Origin: Rubripirellula sp. | GTDB lineage: Bacteria; Planctomycetota; Planctomycetia; Pirellulales; Pirellulaceae | Reading direction: 5' to 3' | Length of the DNA: 64,000 nucleotides | Assembly: GCA_965216875.1 (NCBI GenBank) | Contig: OZ244207.1 | Coordinates: 3,296,001-3,360,000, forward strand | In this document: positions 20,636-30,459 of the stretch, piece after piece | Position numbering within the stretch: position 1 is the stretch's first letter | Layout: each line of letters begins with the position of its first letter | The notes under the pieces: generated by a model | Databases searched by the model: none | Told to the model about the DNA's origin: nothing | What the model saw: the letters and a program-made list of their open reading frames with translations, nothing else | Made by a program: the position numbers and the translations under genes

Positions 20636-21109
20636 CGTTGCGCCATGTGGCAACATGTAGGCTTCCTGATGAGGTGGGCTTTGTGGCCGATGAGCCTGCA
20701 CTACGACATGCAACGCATGGGTGGGGCCAACTGCCGAGGTGGGAGGGGGCGGGGTGTTAAAGTCTACCTAGAATTCCACGCGATCCAAAATCGGGGCGGT
20801 TTTGAACTCGAAACGACCGCAGCGGGCACGTCTTTTACCAACCTAAACGGGATTGCGCAACGCGATGGCAAAGATTGACGGTTGTGCTTGTTTTCGCGAA
20901 TCTTCCTGCGCTGTCACCGAGATTCTGAAGTGTTTTGCTGCAACGCGCAATGATTGGGGCCTCTTCGTACGATTTTAACCACTGGTACGACGTGTTTGGA
21001 CCGAACGGCACTTTGGGCAGTAAGCCGTTCCGGTCAGCAGCGACTACCTGGGGCAAACAAGTTCACGAGTTTGATCTTTTTTTGCCGCGCGTAGTCGACT
21101 GCCGATAAC

Positions 21110-23143
21110 ATGACAAGAATCAATACAAACGTATCATCGCTGGTTGCCCAAAACCGTCTTCACGCCAGCAACACTGACCTGCAAACCGCTCTGACGCGTC
21201 TAAGCACGGGCCTGCGAATCAACAGTGGTGCCGACGATCCTGCTGGTCTGATCGCAAGCGAAGCTTTGCGAAGCGAAATCACCAGCCTTGGTAAAGCGCT
21301 CTCCAACACGCGTCGTGCCAGCCAAATCATCAGCACGGCGGACAGTGCTCTTGGCCAAGTCAGCAGCCTGCTTAACGACATTCGTGGTCTCGTCGTTGAA
21401 GCCGCCAACAGCGGTGCACTGAGCGATGAAGAAATCGCTGCGAACCAGTTGCAGATCGACAGTTCGTTGGAAGCGATCAACCGAATCGCTCAAACCACGA
21501 CCTTCCAGGGCCGCAAGCTGCTCGATGGTTCACTCGACTTTGTCAGTACCGCAGGCGGCGTCTCAAGCGTTCGTGATGCGAACATTGACCAAGCCAACCT
21601 CGGTGCTTCTGGCCAAATCGATGTCGAAGTGGTCATCAGTCAAGCTGCCGAACAAGCCGAAATCACAGCGGGAACCACATCGTTCTCCGCCGCAGGCCAG
21701 GCAACGGCAACCACGGGCGACGCTCGCGTCGAACAAGTCGACATTGGTGGTGAACTCATCACGGTCACGACGACCGATGCAAACTACGCCGGCATCGTCT
21801 TGGCCGACAACCCAGCATCGGGCGCTGGCGAAGTCTCCTACGACTCCGGCACGGGGAACCTCACTATCTCGGCCGACTTCTTCTTCTTCAATGCCGATGC
21901 ACAGACCATTCAAAGTGCCATCAACGAGCTTGATGGCTTCTTGGCCACAGGTGCGACCGGACCTGGTGGCGGATTCAATGGTGGTGCCTCCGGTGCCGGT
22001 CCAGCCGACGATTTGATTTCGGTCACGGCAAATGCCGAAGGCGCCGAGTACAACAACGTCACCGTCGAATTCGTTGCGGGCGCGGCCAACTCGGCCGACT
22101 ACAACAGCGAACAGAAAATCTTGACGGTCACCGTTGACGACTCGGCGGCACAATCGGCTGCCGCCATTGCTGCAGCGATCGACGCGGCAACCGTTGACGG
22201 GTCGGCCCCAGCACAACCCGTCTTCACAGCCACCGGCATTGCAGGCGGCTTGGTCGATATCAACGAAGGCCTCGATAACCTGACCACAGGCACGACCGGC
22301 GGTGAAGTCCTGGTCGATGACTTGGTCTTCCAACTCAATGGAGCCGACGGAGCAGAGACGTTCAACTTTGGTGCGGGCACTTCGTCGGCTCAGATCGCCA
22401 ACGCCGTGAATCTGGTTTCCGACAGCACCGGCGTGACCGCCCTTGCCGATGCCGCTCAAGGTCTTGTCTTCACTTCGACCGCCTACGGAACCGACGCGTT
22501 GATCAACATCGACGTGATTTCCGAAGGGGCCACTGGAACGTTTGGTGCCAACCTGAGTTCGATTCGTGATTCGGGTACCGACATCGTCGCGACCGTCAAC
22601 GGCGTCGAAGCGAGTGGCGACGCCAACACCTTGACCGTCAACACCAGCACGCTCGACTTGGACCTAACCGTCGACGACGGTAGCGACACGAACTTCTCGT
22701 TCTCGATCATTGGTGGCGGTGCCCTGTTCCAACTTGGCCCCGATGTCACGACCAACCAACAAGCACGTCTTGGCATTGGCAGCGTCAGCACGGGTCAAAT
22801 CGGCGGTGCAACAGGCCGCCTTTACGAATTGGGTAGCGGCCAAGCGAAATCGTTGGTCAACGACATTACTGGTGCCGCTTCGATCATCGACGAAGTGATC
22901 AGTAAAGTGACCAGCCTTCGCGGGCGATTGGGTGCGTTCCAATCGACGACAATCGAAAGCAACTTGGTGAGCCTCTCGGATACGCAGGCCAACCTGCAAG
23001 AAGCGGAAAGCTCGATTCGGGATGCAGACTTTGCACAGGAATCGGCAAACCTGACCCGTGCTCAGATCTTGGTCCAATCGGGAACCAACGTTCTTTCGCT
23101 TGCCAACCAAAACCCGCAAAACGTTTTGGCCCTACTGCGATAG
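21110..23143 (+). CDS. fliC: Flagellin (677 aa)
   Basis: MTRINTNVSSL..RLSTGLRINSGADDPAGL; C-terminal AESSIRDADFAQESANLTRAQIL..LANQNPQNVLALL. Confidence 0.96.
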   Translation: MTRINTNVSSLVAQNRLHASNTDLQTALTRLSTGLRINSGADDPAGLIASEALRSEITSLGKALSNTRRASQIISTADSALGQVSSLLNDIRGLVVEAANSGALSDEEIAANQLQIDSSLEAINRIAQTTTFQGRKLLDGSLDFVSTAGGVSSVRDANIDQANLGASGQIDVEVVISQAAEQAEITAGTTSFSAAGQATATTGDARVEQVDIGGELITVTTTDANYAGIVLADNPASGAGEVSYDSGTGNLTISADFFFFNADAQTIQSAINELDGFLATGATGPGGGFNGGASGAGPADDLISVTANAEGAEYNNVTVEFVAGAANSADYNSEQKILTVTVDDSAAQSAAAIAAAIDAATVDGSAPAQPVFTATGIAGGLVDINEGLDNLTTGTTGGEVLVDDLVFQLNGADGAETFNFGAGTSSAQIANAVNLVSDSTGVTALADAAQGLVFTSTAYGTDALINIDVISEGATGTFGANLSSIRDSGTDIVATVNGVEASGDANTLTVNTSTLDLDLTVDDGSDTNFSFSIIGGGALFQLGPDVTTNQQARLGIGSVSTGQIGGATGRLYELGSGQAKSLVNDITGAASIIDEVISKVTSLRGRLGAFQSTTIESNLVSLSDTQANLQEAESSIRDADFAQESANLTRAQILVQSGTNVLSLANQNPQNVLALLR

Positions 23144-23205
23144 GTCGCCAAAACCATCGAAACGTAGCGTCGGTTCACCTTGCCCCACAAACCGGCGCTT
23201 CTATC

Positions 23206-23242
23206 AAACGCTCTGCTGCAGAAATGCGGCAGAGCGTTTTTT
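23206..23242 (+). terminator. Intrinsic terminator after flagellin 1
   Basis: AAACGCTCTGCTGCA-GAAA-TGCGGCAGAGCGTTT-TTT. Confidence 0.85.
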
Positions 23243-23551
23243 CATTGGCGTCCCATGTTTTCATTGGCATCCCATGAAGCCAAAGTTGCGAAGCGTTTCG
23301 CCCGGAGTGACTCGAAGAACCGTTGTGCGTTTCAGATCCGGTGCGACCGGCGTGACAAGCCTTTACTGTCGCTTAAAGAAACCGGATCGTTCGGCTTGTT
23401 CCGATTGCGCAATCGCGTTTGGTCAACAATGTTGCGTTTTTCATTCAAAGTTGCCGCATTGCAACGAACTGTGATTGATTATTCGCTAGCCGCGCACATC
23501 TAGCGCGATTCCCGCAGGGCGTCGCAAATCGACTCAAGGGCTTATACGACC

Positions 23552-25576
23552 ATGACACGAATCAATACAAACGTTTCTTCACTGGTTGCTCAGAACCGAC
23601 TGAAATCCAGTAACAACGACTTGCAGTCCGCTTTGACTCGACTGAGTACGGGCCTGCGAATTAACAGTGGTGCCGATGACCCCGCTGGTCTGATCGCCAG
23701 CGAGGCGCTCCGAAGCGAGGTCACCGGACTTAACAAGGCCATCTCGAACACACAACGAGCAAGCCAAATCATTTCGACCGCCGACAGTGCCTTAGGCCAA
23801 GTCAGCTCGTTGCTAAATGATATTCGCGGCTTGGTCGTTGAAGCTGCCAATAGTGGTGCACTCAGCGAAGAAGAAATCGCTGCGAACCAGCTGCAAATTG
23901 ACAGTTCGCTCGAGGCGATCAACCGAATTTCGCAAACCACGACCTTCCAGGGTCGTAAGCTGCTCGACGGGTCACAAGACTTTGTGTCAACGATCGGCAG
24001 CGTTGCATCGGTACGTGACGCGAGCATCGAACAGGCCAAACTCAGCTCAGGAAACCTGAACGTTGAAGTGGTCGTCAACACGGCTGCTGAACAAGCCACT
24101 GCAACGGCAAGCGCATCGGCATTCACGACCGCAGCGCAAGCGAACGTCGCCACACCAGACGGCCGAGTCGGAACCGCCGCGATCGGTGGCGAAACCATCA
24201 CGATCACTGGCGATGACGGATTCGCAAACGTCACCTTGGCCGATAACGCCGCTGACGGCACCGGAGTTGTTTCGTACAACTCAGGAACGGGCGAGTTGAC
24301 CATTTCGGCCGACTTCACTGGCACCGCCGCCGACGCACAAGTCATCCAAGACGCCATCGACGACCTAGACGGTTTTGTCGCAACCGGTGCCTCGGGTGCT
24401 GGTACTGGTGGTGGTACCGCGGGCACGACGGCAACCGCCGCTGCCGGCGCTGTGGTTGACATCACGGCCGTCAACGCTGGATCCGACTACAACAACGTCA
24501 CTGTCGAGTTCGTTTCGGGTGCATCCAACGCAGCCGACTACGACAGCGAGCAAAAGATCCTTACCGTTACCGTTAACTCGTCGGCACCTCAAACCGCTAC
24601 TGCGATCGCAAGTGCGATTGGCAGCCACACGGTTGATGGCGCATCAGCGACCGCATTGTTCAGTGCAACAGGACTGGCCAACGCATCGGTTGACATCGGC
24701 GAAGGCATCGACTCACTCTCCACGGCCAGCACGGGTGGTGAAGTGCTGTCGGCCGACTTGGTCTTCCAGCTCAATGGATCGCAAGGAGCCGAAACGTTCA
24801 ATTTCGGTGCCGGCACGAGCAAGGACCAAATCTCCGAAGCCATCAACTTGGTTGCAGACAGCACCGGTGTGGGAGCGACCGTCACTGCGGGTGCTCTAAC
24901 CCTGACCTCGACCGACTACGGTAGCGACGCATTGGTCAACGTCGACGTCATCAACGAAGGTTCGGGTGGCACATTTGCCGCCAACCTCGACACGACACGC
25001 GACACGGGCACCGACATCGTTGCGAAAGTCAACGGCGTTGAAGCAACCGGTAAGGCAAACACTCTGTCCATCAACACCAGCTCGCTCGACTTAAGCTTGA
25101 CCGTTGACGACGGCAGCAGCACCAACTTCTCGTTCTCGATCTCGGGTGGTGGTGCAACGTTCCAACTCGGTCCCGACGTCAGCAGCACTCAACAAGCTTC
25201 GTTGGGGATCGGAAGCGTCAGCACCGGTCAACTCGGCGGTGCAACCGGACGACTCTACGAACTGGGAAGCGGCCAAGCACGCAGCTTGACCAATGATGTT
25301 ACCGGAGCGGCCGACATCATTGACGAAGTGATCAACAAGGTCACCGGGCTTCGCGGTCGATTGGGTGCGTTCCAATCAACCACCTTGGAAAGCAACTTGG
25401 TTTCGTTGAACGACACCAAAGCAAACTTGCAAGAAGCCGAAAGCTCGATCCGCGACGCCGACTTCGCTCAAGAATCGGCCAAGCTCACTCGAGCTCAGAT
25501 CCTGGTCCAGTCGGGTACGAACGTGCTGTCGCTGGCCAACCAGAATCCACAAAACGTCCTCGCGCTGCTGCGATAG
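23552..25576 (+). CDS. fliC: Flagellin (674 aa), paralog
   Basis: Same conserved D0/D1 termini as the upstream gene, with an alignable variable middle. Confidence 0.96.
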   Translation: MTRINTNVSSLVAQNRLKSSNNDLQSALTRLSTGLRINSGADDPAGLIASEALRSEVTGLNKAISNTQRASQIISTADSALGQVSSLLNDIRGLVVEAANSGALSEEEIAANQLQIDSSLEAINRISQTTTFQGRKLLDGSQDFVSTIGSVASVRDASIEQAKLSSGNLNVEVVVNTAAEQATATASASAFTTAAQANVATPDGRVGTAAIGGETITITGDDGFANVTLADNAADGTGVVSYNSGTGELTISADFTGTAADAQVIQDAIDDLDGFVATGASGAGTGGGTAGTTATAAAGAVVDITAVNAGSDYNNVTVEFVSGASNAADYDSEQKILTVTVNSSAPQTATAIASAIGSHTVDGASATALFSATGLANASVDIGEGIDSLSTASTGGEVLSADLVFQLNGSQGAETFNFGAGTSKDQISEAINLVADSTGVGATVTAGALTLTSTDYGSDALVNVDVINEGSGGTFAANLDTTRDTGTDIVAKVNGVEATGKANTLSINTSSLDLSLTVDDGSSTNFSFSISGGGATFQLGPDVSSTQQASLGIGSVSTGQLGGATGRLYELGSGQARSLTNDVTGAADIIDEVINKVTGLRGRLGAFQSTTLESNLVSLNDTKANLQEAESSIRDADFAQESAKLTRAQILVQSGTNVLSLANQNPQNVLALLR

Positions 25577-25605
25577 AGCAACGCAAACGTAGGACGATCA
25601 CCATA

Positions 25606-25660
25606 GCAAGCGCGGCCGCTGAAGGGTTCAAAAATGAACCTCCTTTAGCGGCCGCTTTGC
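25606..25660. terminator. Long hairpin between convergent genes (probable terminator)
   Basis: GCGGCCGCTGAAGG-GTTCA/TGAAC-CTCCTTTAGCGGCCGC; weak U-tract. Confidence 0.5.
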
Positions 25661-25693
25661 GTTATGGAGTCCTGATGCGCGCTCAGCCGACAC

Positions 25694-25722
25694 TGTCGCC
25701 TTTCGCTCCGCGAAAGTTGCGT
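25694..25722. repeat. REP family A, copy 3
   Basis: TGTCGCCTTTCGCTCCGCGAAAGTTGCGT. Confidence 0.8.
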
Positions 25723-26011
25723 TAACGCGGCGCAAGAGAAGTTCCGCGACGACAGACCGGTAGCCCCAATGGAGATGGGGAACCTTCAACAAGTATCGAC
25801 GACGGCACAAAGGTGCCTTTGGCAGAGATCTCCTTTTGCCGGCCGTTGCGTTTGAGAGCAACGTCGAGCCCACCAGGCGAAAAGGAGATGATAGTGATAC
25901 TTGCGGTCTAGAGATCCAGCTGAAGGGTTTGCATCATGCAAAGCTCGACTGCTGGCAATGCCAAGTCCGTTTCGGAACCCGAAGGTCCAACGGACTTTGA
26001 CCTTTGATTTA

Positions 26012-26644
26012 CTAAACCAAGTTTTTTCGTACTGCCCATACAGCAGCTTGCGTTCGGTCGCTAACGCCGATCTTGCGCAAGATGTGTTGGACGTGCTCTT
26101 TGACCGTTTCGTAGCTGATGCCAAGCATCTTGGCGATCTCTTTGTTGGTCAAACCAAGCGCCATTTGGCGAAGCACTTCGCTTTCGCGTTGAGTCAGAGG
26201 CACTTCAATGTCCTGACTCAAACGAGGCGTTGCCAACGCACCCGTGACGCGACGCAGTTCTTCACGCGTCCACGCCGACTCACCATTGATGGCGGTTTCC
26301 AAAGCGCTGATCAAGCGTTCGCGTGGGGCGGATTTGAGAACGTAGCCGGCGGCTCCCAACGCAACAGCGCGTGCGATGTAGGTTGGGTTGTCATATGCCG
26401 AGAACAGGACGATCGGCAGGTCGGGGTAGTCAAGCTTCATGCGACCAAGCGCATTGAGGCCATCGCCACCTTCCATGCGAATGTCCATCAAAACGACATC
26501 GGGCGAGACGCGTTCGACAGCGGCCAGCGCTTCGGCCGCCGACGTCGCTTCGCCAGCAATTTCCATGTCGGTCTGTTCGAGCATCAAACGCAAACCAAGG
26601 CGAATGATCTCGTGATCGTCAACGATCAGAAGTTTTTTGCTCAT
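26012..26644 (-). CDS. NarL/LuxR family response regulator
   Basis: LLIVDDH..DVVLMDIRM receiver plus LTQRESEVL..GLTNKEIA..ISYETVKEHV HTH. Confidence 0.95.
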   Translation of the reverse strand: MSKKLLIVDDHEIIRLGLRLMLEQTDMEIAGEATSAAEALAAVERVSPDVVLMDIRMEGGDGLNALGRMKLDYPDLPIVLFSAYDNPTYIARAVALGAAGYVLKSAPRERLISALETAINGESAWTREELRRVTGALATPRLSQDIEVPLTQRESEVLRQMALGLTNKEIAKMLGISYETVKEHVQHILRKIGVSDRTQAAVWAVRKNLV

Positions 26645-27081
26645 TGAAACTCCAATATTCTTCTCTTTGGGCTCTTTCTTCCATTGACCTCATCAAGAGG
26701 ACGGCATCCCCTGGATCTGACCGATACGACTCCTGCAGCGGTTGACTCTTAGAGAACACATGCGTAGTCACGCGCCCCCTCGTAAGGGAGGCCGCTTCAT
26801 GCGAGAGTCGTTCGCCCCATTTCACCGTGGTGATCAGATGGACGGGGACAATATGTACCACACATCATTCAGGCGACAGATCCCTTCACCTTCTGATAAC
26901 GGTGCTTATGTCCCCCATCCGGGTACCCCCTATCATAGCAACTAGGCAAGCTACCCACGCTACCCATTCGCTTCCAGAATGAGAAAAAAGCGGGAAACCA
27001 CATACGATTGCGCGGTCTAACGACCGCCCCATCTGACCTGGTTAGATACCCGCTAAATGGAATCGTCCCCCGCCAAACACC

Positions 27082-27108
27082 AATAAACGCACAAATTTTT
27101 GCGCGTTT
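27082..27108 (-). terminator. Terminator downstream of the 621-aa gene
   Basis: Minus strand AAACGCGCAA-loop-TTGTGCGTTT-ATT; the G-U pair favours minus-strand RNA. Confidence 0.55.
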
Positions 27109-27124
27109 TTTTTGATCGGTGTGC

Positions 27125-28990
27125 TCAACTTGACGCTGCATTGGCAGCAGCACGCGTCGTTGCGATCAACTCGCGGTACTTCCGTTGGACCTTATGCATC
27201 CACGCAGCAAGGTAGATGTTGCCTACCATCGACAGCAACAAGAACAGCGTGAACATGCGATGTGGGGGGTCCTTTGCAGTTGATTGTGGCGATGAACTCG
27301 TGTGATCCACCAACTTGGCTTGAGGTGGCAGAGTGCGCGGCTGCGCAGCTGGCTGAGTCGGCGGATAGCGTCGACTGTCGGTCAGATCACGGGGGCCACC
27401 GGCATAACCTTGCGGCGGCATCGTTTGACGAGGTGTCGTCGAGGGCGCAGAAACGTTTCCTGAATAAGACGTGTCGAGTCTTGCCGATCGCAATGGCTGC
27501 GAAGCGGGCGGGTTCGACGCGATCGGGGCTGGCGCAGTCGCTGGATTTCGACGGTAGGACGGAATGGGTTGCCCATACTCATCAATCAATTCACCCTTCG
27601 CGTTGACCGGACGTCCTTGGGCGTCAACCGAGAAGGTGCCCGGCGGATAACCGTTGCCCGCGATGGTGGCACCATCGCGACTCGCACTGCCCTGGTCACG
27701 ACCTGCGTAGGGACTCGCTGGCGCCCCTGCCAATCCCGACTTGGCGTAGGTGTCCTGATGCGTCATCGGAGTCCGCGAGTTCGGCGCTGTATTTCCGTCG
27801 AGGGAAAGTCCTGCGGGTAGGCGTCCAAAGTTATCACTGCTGGTGATCCCAGAACGGTTGCCGACCGTTGCGGTTGTACCGGGTGTTGAATAGGCCGACT
27901 TTGGTTGCAGCGAATTGCCCACTGTCTGATTGGATTGCGGCTGGGCACTCTTTGCCGCAAAGGGGTTGTAGGGCTGCAAGCTAGTAGGGCCCTGAGTACC
28001 GGGGCGTTGAGATCCGGCGCCTTGAGACGCAGCCGTTGTGCCTTGGTTTGTCGCCTGAGATTGGTTTCGGAATGGGTTGGTGGCACCGGCAGCCAGCGGG
28101 TCGGTCGTGGGTCCACCTCGCAAGGTCATTGCCGGCGGGCCCAATCCAACTCGCCCCTGTTGCGAAGCAGCAGTAGTAGCCGGGCCGGCCCCCGTCGAAG
28201 CCGTTGGCCATGGCGAGCGCGCACTTGGACTGACCGGTTCGGTGGTGGGTCCGCCCGGTCGAGACGATGCCCGGCCACTGTTGAGATCGCCGCCAGTGAA
28301 GCGTAGCGAACCACCTTGGTTGGTACTGCCAGGAGCACTTGGCGTATTCGGATTACCCAGATTGGGATTGCCCAGCGCGCTGTTGACGGCTCCTTGGATC
28401 GTTTGGCCCGTTCGATCGACGGCGTCCGTGAGTGCGTTGTTTGCAGCATCGCCGAGCCGTTTTCGTGCGGCATCGATTTCGCTTTGCATCGAAGCACTGA
28501 AATCGGCGCCCGCCGATTGCAATCCATTGGTTGCCGACTGCAACGCCGATGACGATGCATTGGCGCCAGGCGCGGCCGGGTTCGCCGCTGCACCTTGGCC
28601 AAAGTTCGACAACGAGCCGGGCAAGGTCATTCCGCCATTTTGAGGCTTCATGACGGTTTCGCGCGACCTTCTCCCCTGTGACTGGGGAATCGGCATCGGC
28701 TCAAGATCAGCCTTGGCAATCCCGCTTTCAAATTCATTTGAGGCAACTGTAAAGTTGCGCGGTAGTTCACGCGGCAATGCACCGTTGCCAATTCGCACGG
28801 TCACTTTCGTGACCTGACCGCGCACAGCCGGATCGATGACGCTGCTAATCGCGCCCTCACGTTGCATGTCTGCAACCTGTTCTGGCGGTACTTGAATGAT
28901 GTACTCCACACCTTCATTGCCGTCCGGTTGCCAGCCATAGGTGACGCCACCCAACATGGTCACCATCAGCAGTGCCGAGACTCCGCCCAT
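27125..28990 (-). CDS. Hypothetical protein: N-terminal hydrophobic segment, long P/G/S/T/A/Q-rich region, C-terminal TM anchor
   Basis: VTYGWQPDGNEGVEYIIQVPP head; low-complexity middle; MFTLFLLLSMVGNIYLAAWM followed by a basic tail. Confidence 0.8.
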   Translation of the reverse strand: MGGVSALLMVTMLGGVTYGWQPDGNEGVEYIIQVPPEQVADMQREGAISSVIDPAVRGQVTKVTVRIGNGALPRELPRNFTVASNEFESGIAKADLEPMPIPQSQGRRSRETVMKPQNGGMTLPGSLSNFGQGAAANPAAPGANASSSALQSATNGLQSAGADFSASMQSEIDAARKRLGDAANNALTDAVDRTGQTIQGAVNSALGNPNLGNPNTPSAPGSTNQGGSLRFTGGDLNSGRASSRPGGPTTEPVSPSARSPWPTASTGAGPATTAASQQGRVGLGPPAMTLRGGPTTDPLAAGATNPFRNQSQATNQGTTAASQGAGSQRPGTQGPTSLQPYNPFAAKSAQPQSNQTVGNSLQPKSAYSTPGTTATVGNRSGITSSDNFGRLPAGLSLDGNTAPNSRTPMTHQDTYAKSGLAGAPASPYAGRDQGSASRDGATIAGNGYPPGTFSVDAQGRPVNAKGELIDEYGQPIPSYRRNPATAPAPIASNPPASQPLRSARLDTSYSGNVSAPSTTPRQTMPPQGYAGGPRDLTDSRRYPPTQPAAQPRTLPPQAKLVDHTSSSPQSTAKDPPHRMFTLFLLLSMVGNIYLAAWMHKVQRKYRELIATTRAAANAASS

Positions 28991-29253
28991 CGTTCAATCC
29001 TTGAATGATGCATCCTGTTTACGTGTCGCTAACAACAGATAACGACACTGTTTCATAAGTCGCTTTGCCACGACATCACATGCTCACCGCACGCGTTTTC
29101 GCGCTTTCCAGAGCGCGTGGAACGTGACAAAACGAAAGAATCGTACCGCCAGCCCACCAAAGCAGTAAAGGGAGATTTGTGGGCAAGCCGAGCCGTGAAA
29201 CGGAGCTTTGGTAAGCTAGGCAGGCTGGTACAAATCGACAAAGCGAGTAGTAG

Positions 29254-29277
29254 CGTGCGTGCAGGCACACAACCTAC
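29254..29277 (-). repeat. GTAG-type REP family C, copy 3 (its TAG is the cysteine desulfurase stop)
   Basis: Plus strand CGTGCGTGCAGGCACACAACCTAC. Confidence 0.75.
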
Positions 29278-30446
29278 CGATTGCTGGCCGCCAGTAGCTC
29301 GCTGTACGAATCAACGAGGCTCTTGCTAGCAACATCAATCTCTTCGGTCGTGTTGAAGCGGCCAATGCCGAATCGGACGCTGCGACGAGCCTCCGATTCA
29401 CTGAGCCCGATCGCCGTCAACACGTGACTTGGCTTCGACTCGGCGCTACTGCAAGCCGATCCACTACTGAATGCGACTTCAGGCGTCGCCGCGATCCAAG
29501 CCGCACCTTCAACCTCTGGCAGGACGAGGTTCAAGTTGCCCGGCAGCCGCCACTCACTTTCGAGGGGCGTTCCGTTGAGTGCCAAACCGTCGATCGATTT
29601 CGATAGATTGGCAAGCAACCGATCACGTAGTTGATGCGCGTGTGCCGTGTGCGATTCCATTTCGTCAGCACAGATTTCTAGAGCGGTCGCGATCCCGACC
29701 ACTCCTGCGGTGTTCATCGTCCCGCTGCGCAATCCACGCTGCTGTCCTCCGCCGACAATCTGTGGTTTCAATCGAACGCGTCGGTTGCCGTTCCCAACGA
29801 CAAGGAATCCGGTTCCCTTGGGACCGTAGAACTTGTGCGCCGTTGCGCTGATGAGATCAACGTCGGCCGCTTTCACGTCGACCTGAATTCGACCGACCGC
29901 TTGTGTCGCATCGCTATGCAGCAAAGCGCCCTGGCGATGGCAGATCTCGGCGATCTCTTTCATCGGCGCGACGACGCCGATTTCGTTGTTGGCCCACATG
30001 ATCGAAACCAATGCGGTCTCCTCATCGACCGCATCGGCAAGTTGATCAAGGTCCGGCGTGCCAGCCATGGGGTGTCCGTTGGGATGCACGCCGATTCGCG
30101 TCACCTCGAACCCTTCCGCTTCGAGGTCTGTGCAAACATCGAGCACGGCTGGGTGTTCGGTCGTTGCGGTGACGATGCGTCTTCGTTTTTGGCGTGGATG
30201 GTTGCAGACGCCTCGAATCGCAAGGTTATTGCTTTCGGTCGCGCCACTCGTCATCACCACAGATTCGCTGGTCGCACCAACGAGCGGCGCGATCGTTTCG
30301 ATCGCCTGCTCAATTGCGCTGCCACCGCGACGCCCGGACTCGTGTGATCCCGAATGGGGATTGCCATGCTCAGCAAACCACGGCAACATCGCTTCGATCA
30401 CCCTGGGATCACAACGTGTCGAAGCATGGTTGTCGATATAGATCAT
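29274..30446 (-). CDS. Cysteine desulfurase, group I (IscS/NifS family)
   Basis: IYIDNHAST, TSGATESNN, ANNEIG, HSDATQAVG, AHKFYGPKG, SSGSACS. Confidence 0.95.
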   Translation of the reverse strand: MIYIDNHASTRCDPRVIEAMLPWFAEHGNPHSGSHESGRRGGSAIEQAIETIAPLVGATSESVVMTSGATESNNLAIRGVCNHPRQKRRRIVTATTEHPAVLDVCTDLEAEGFEVTRIGVHPNGHPMAGTPDLDQLADAVDEETALVSIMWANNEIGVVAPMKEIAEICHRQGALLHSDATQAVGRIQVDVKAADVDLISATAHKFYGPKGTGFLVVGNGNRRVRLKPQIVGGGQQRGLRSGTMNTAGVVGIATALEICADEMESHTAHAHQLRDRLLANLSKSIDGLALNGTPLESEWRLPGNLNLVLPEVEGAAWIAATPEVAFSSGSACSSAESKPSHVLTAIGLSESEARRSVRFGIGRFNTTEEIDVASKSLVDSYSELLAASNR

Positions 30447-30459
30447 GATTCAATCGGAC

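Noticed and set aside
21101..21108. GCCGATAA, a perfect sigma28 -10 box before flagellin 1
   Set aside because: Ends 1 nt before the ATG, so transcription would start inside the CDS; no TAAA -35 at the proper spacing.
27085..27113. Plus-strand U8 terminator implying a hidden plus-strand RNA
   Set aside because: The stem has an A-C mismatch on plus but a G-U pair on minus, and sits just after the minus-strand 621-aa gene.
29274..30446. Cysteine desulfurase as DndA of a DNA phosphorothioation system
   Set aside because: No dndBCDE or ssp genes nearby.
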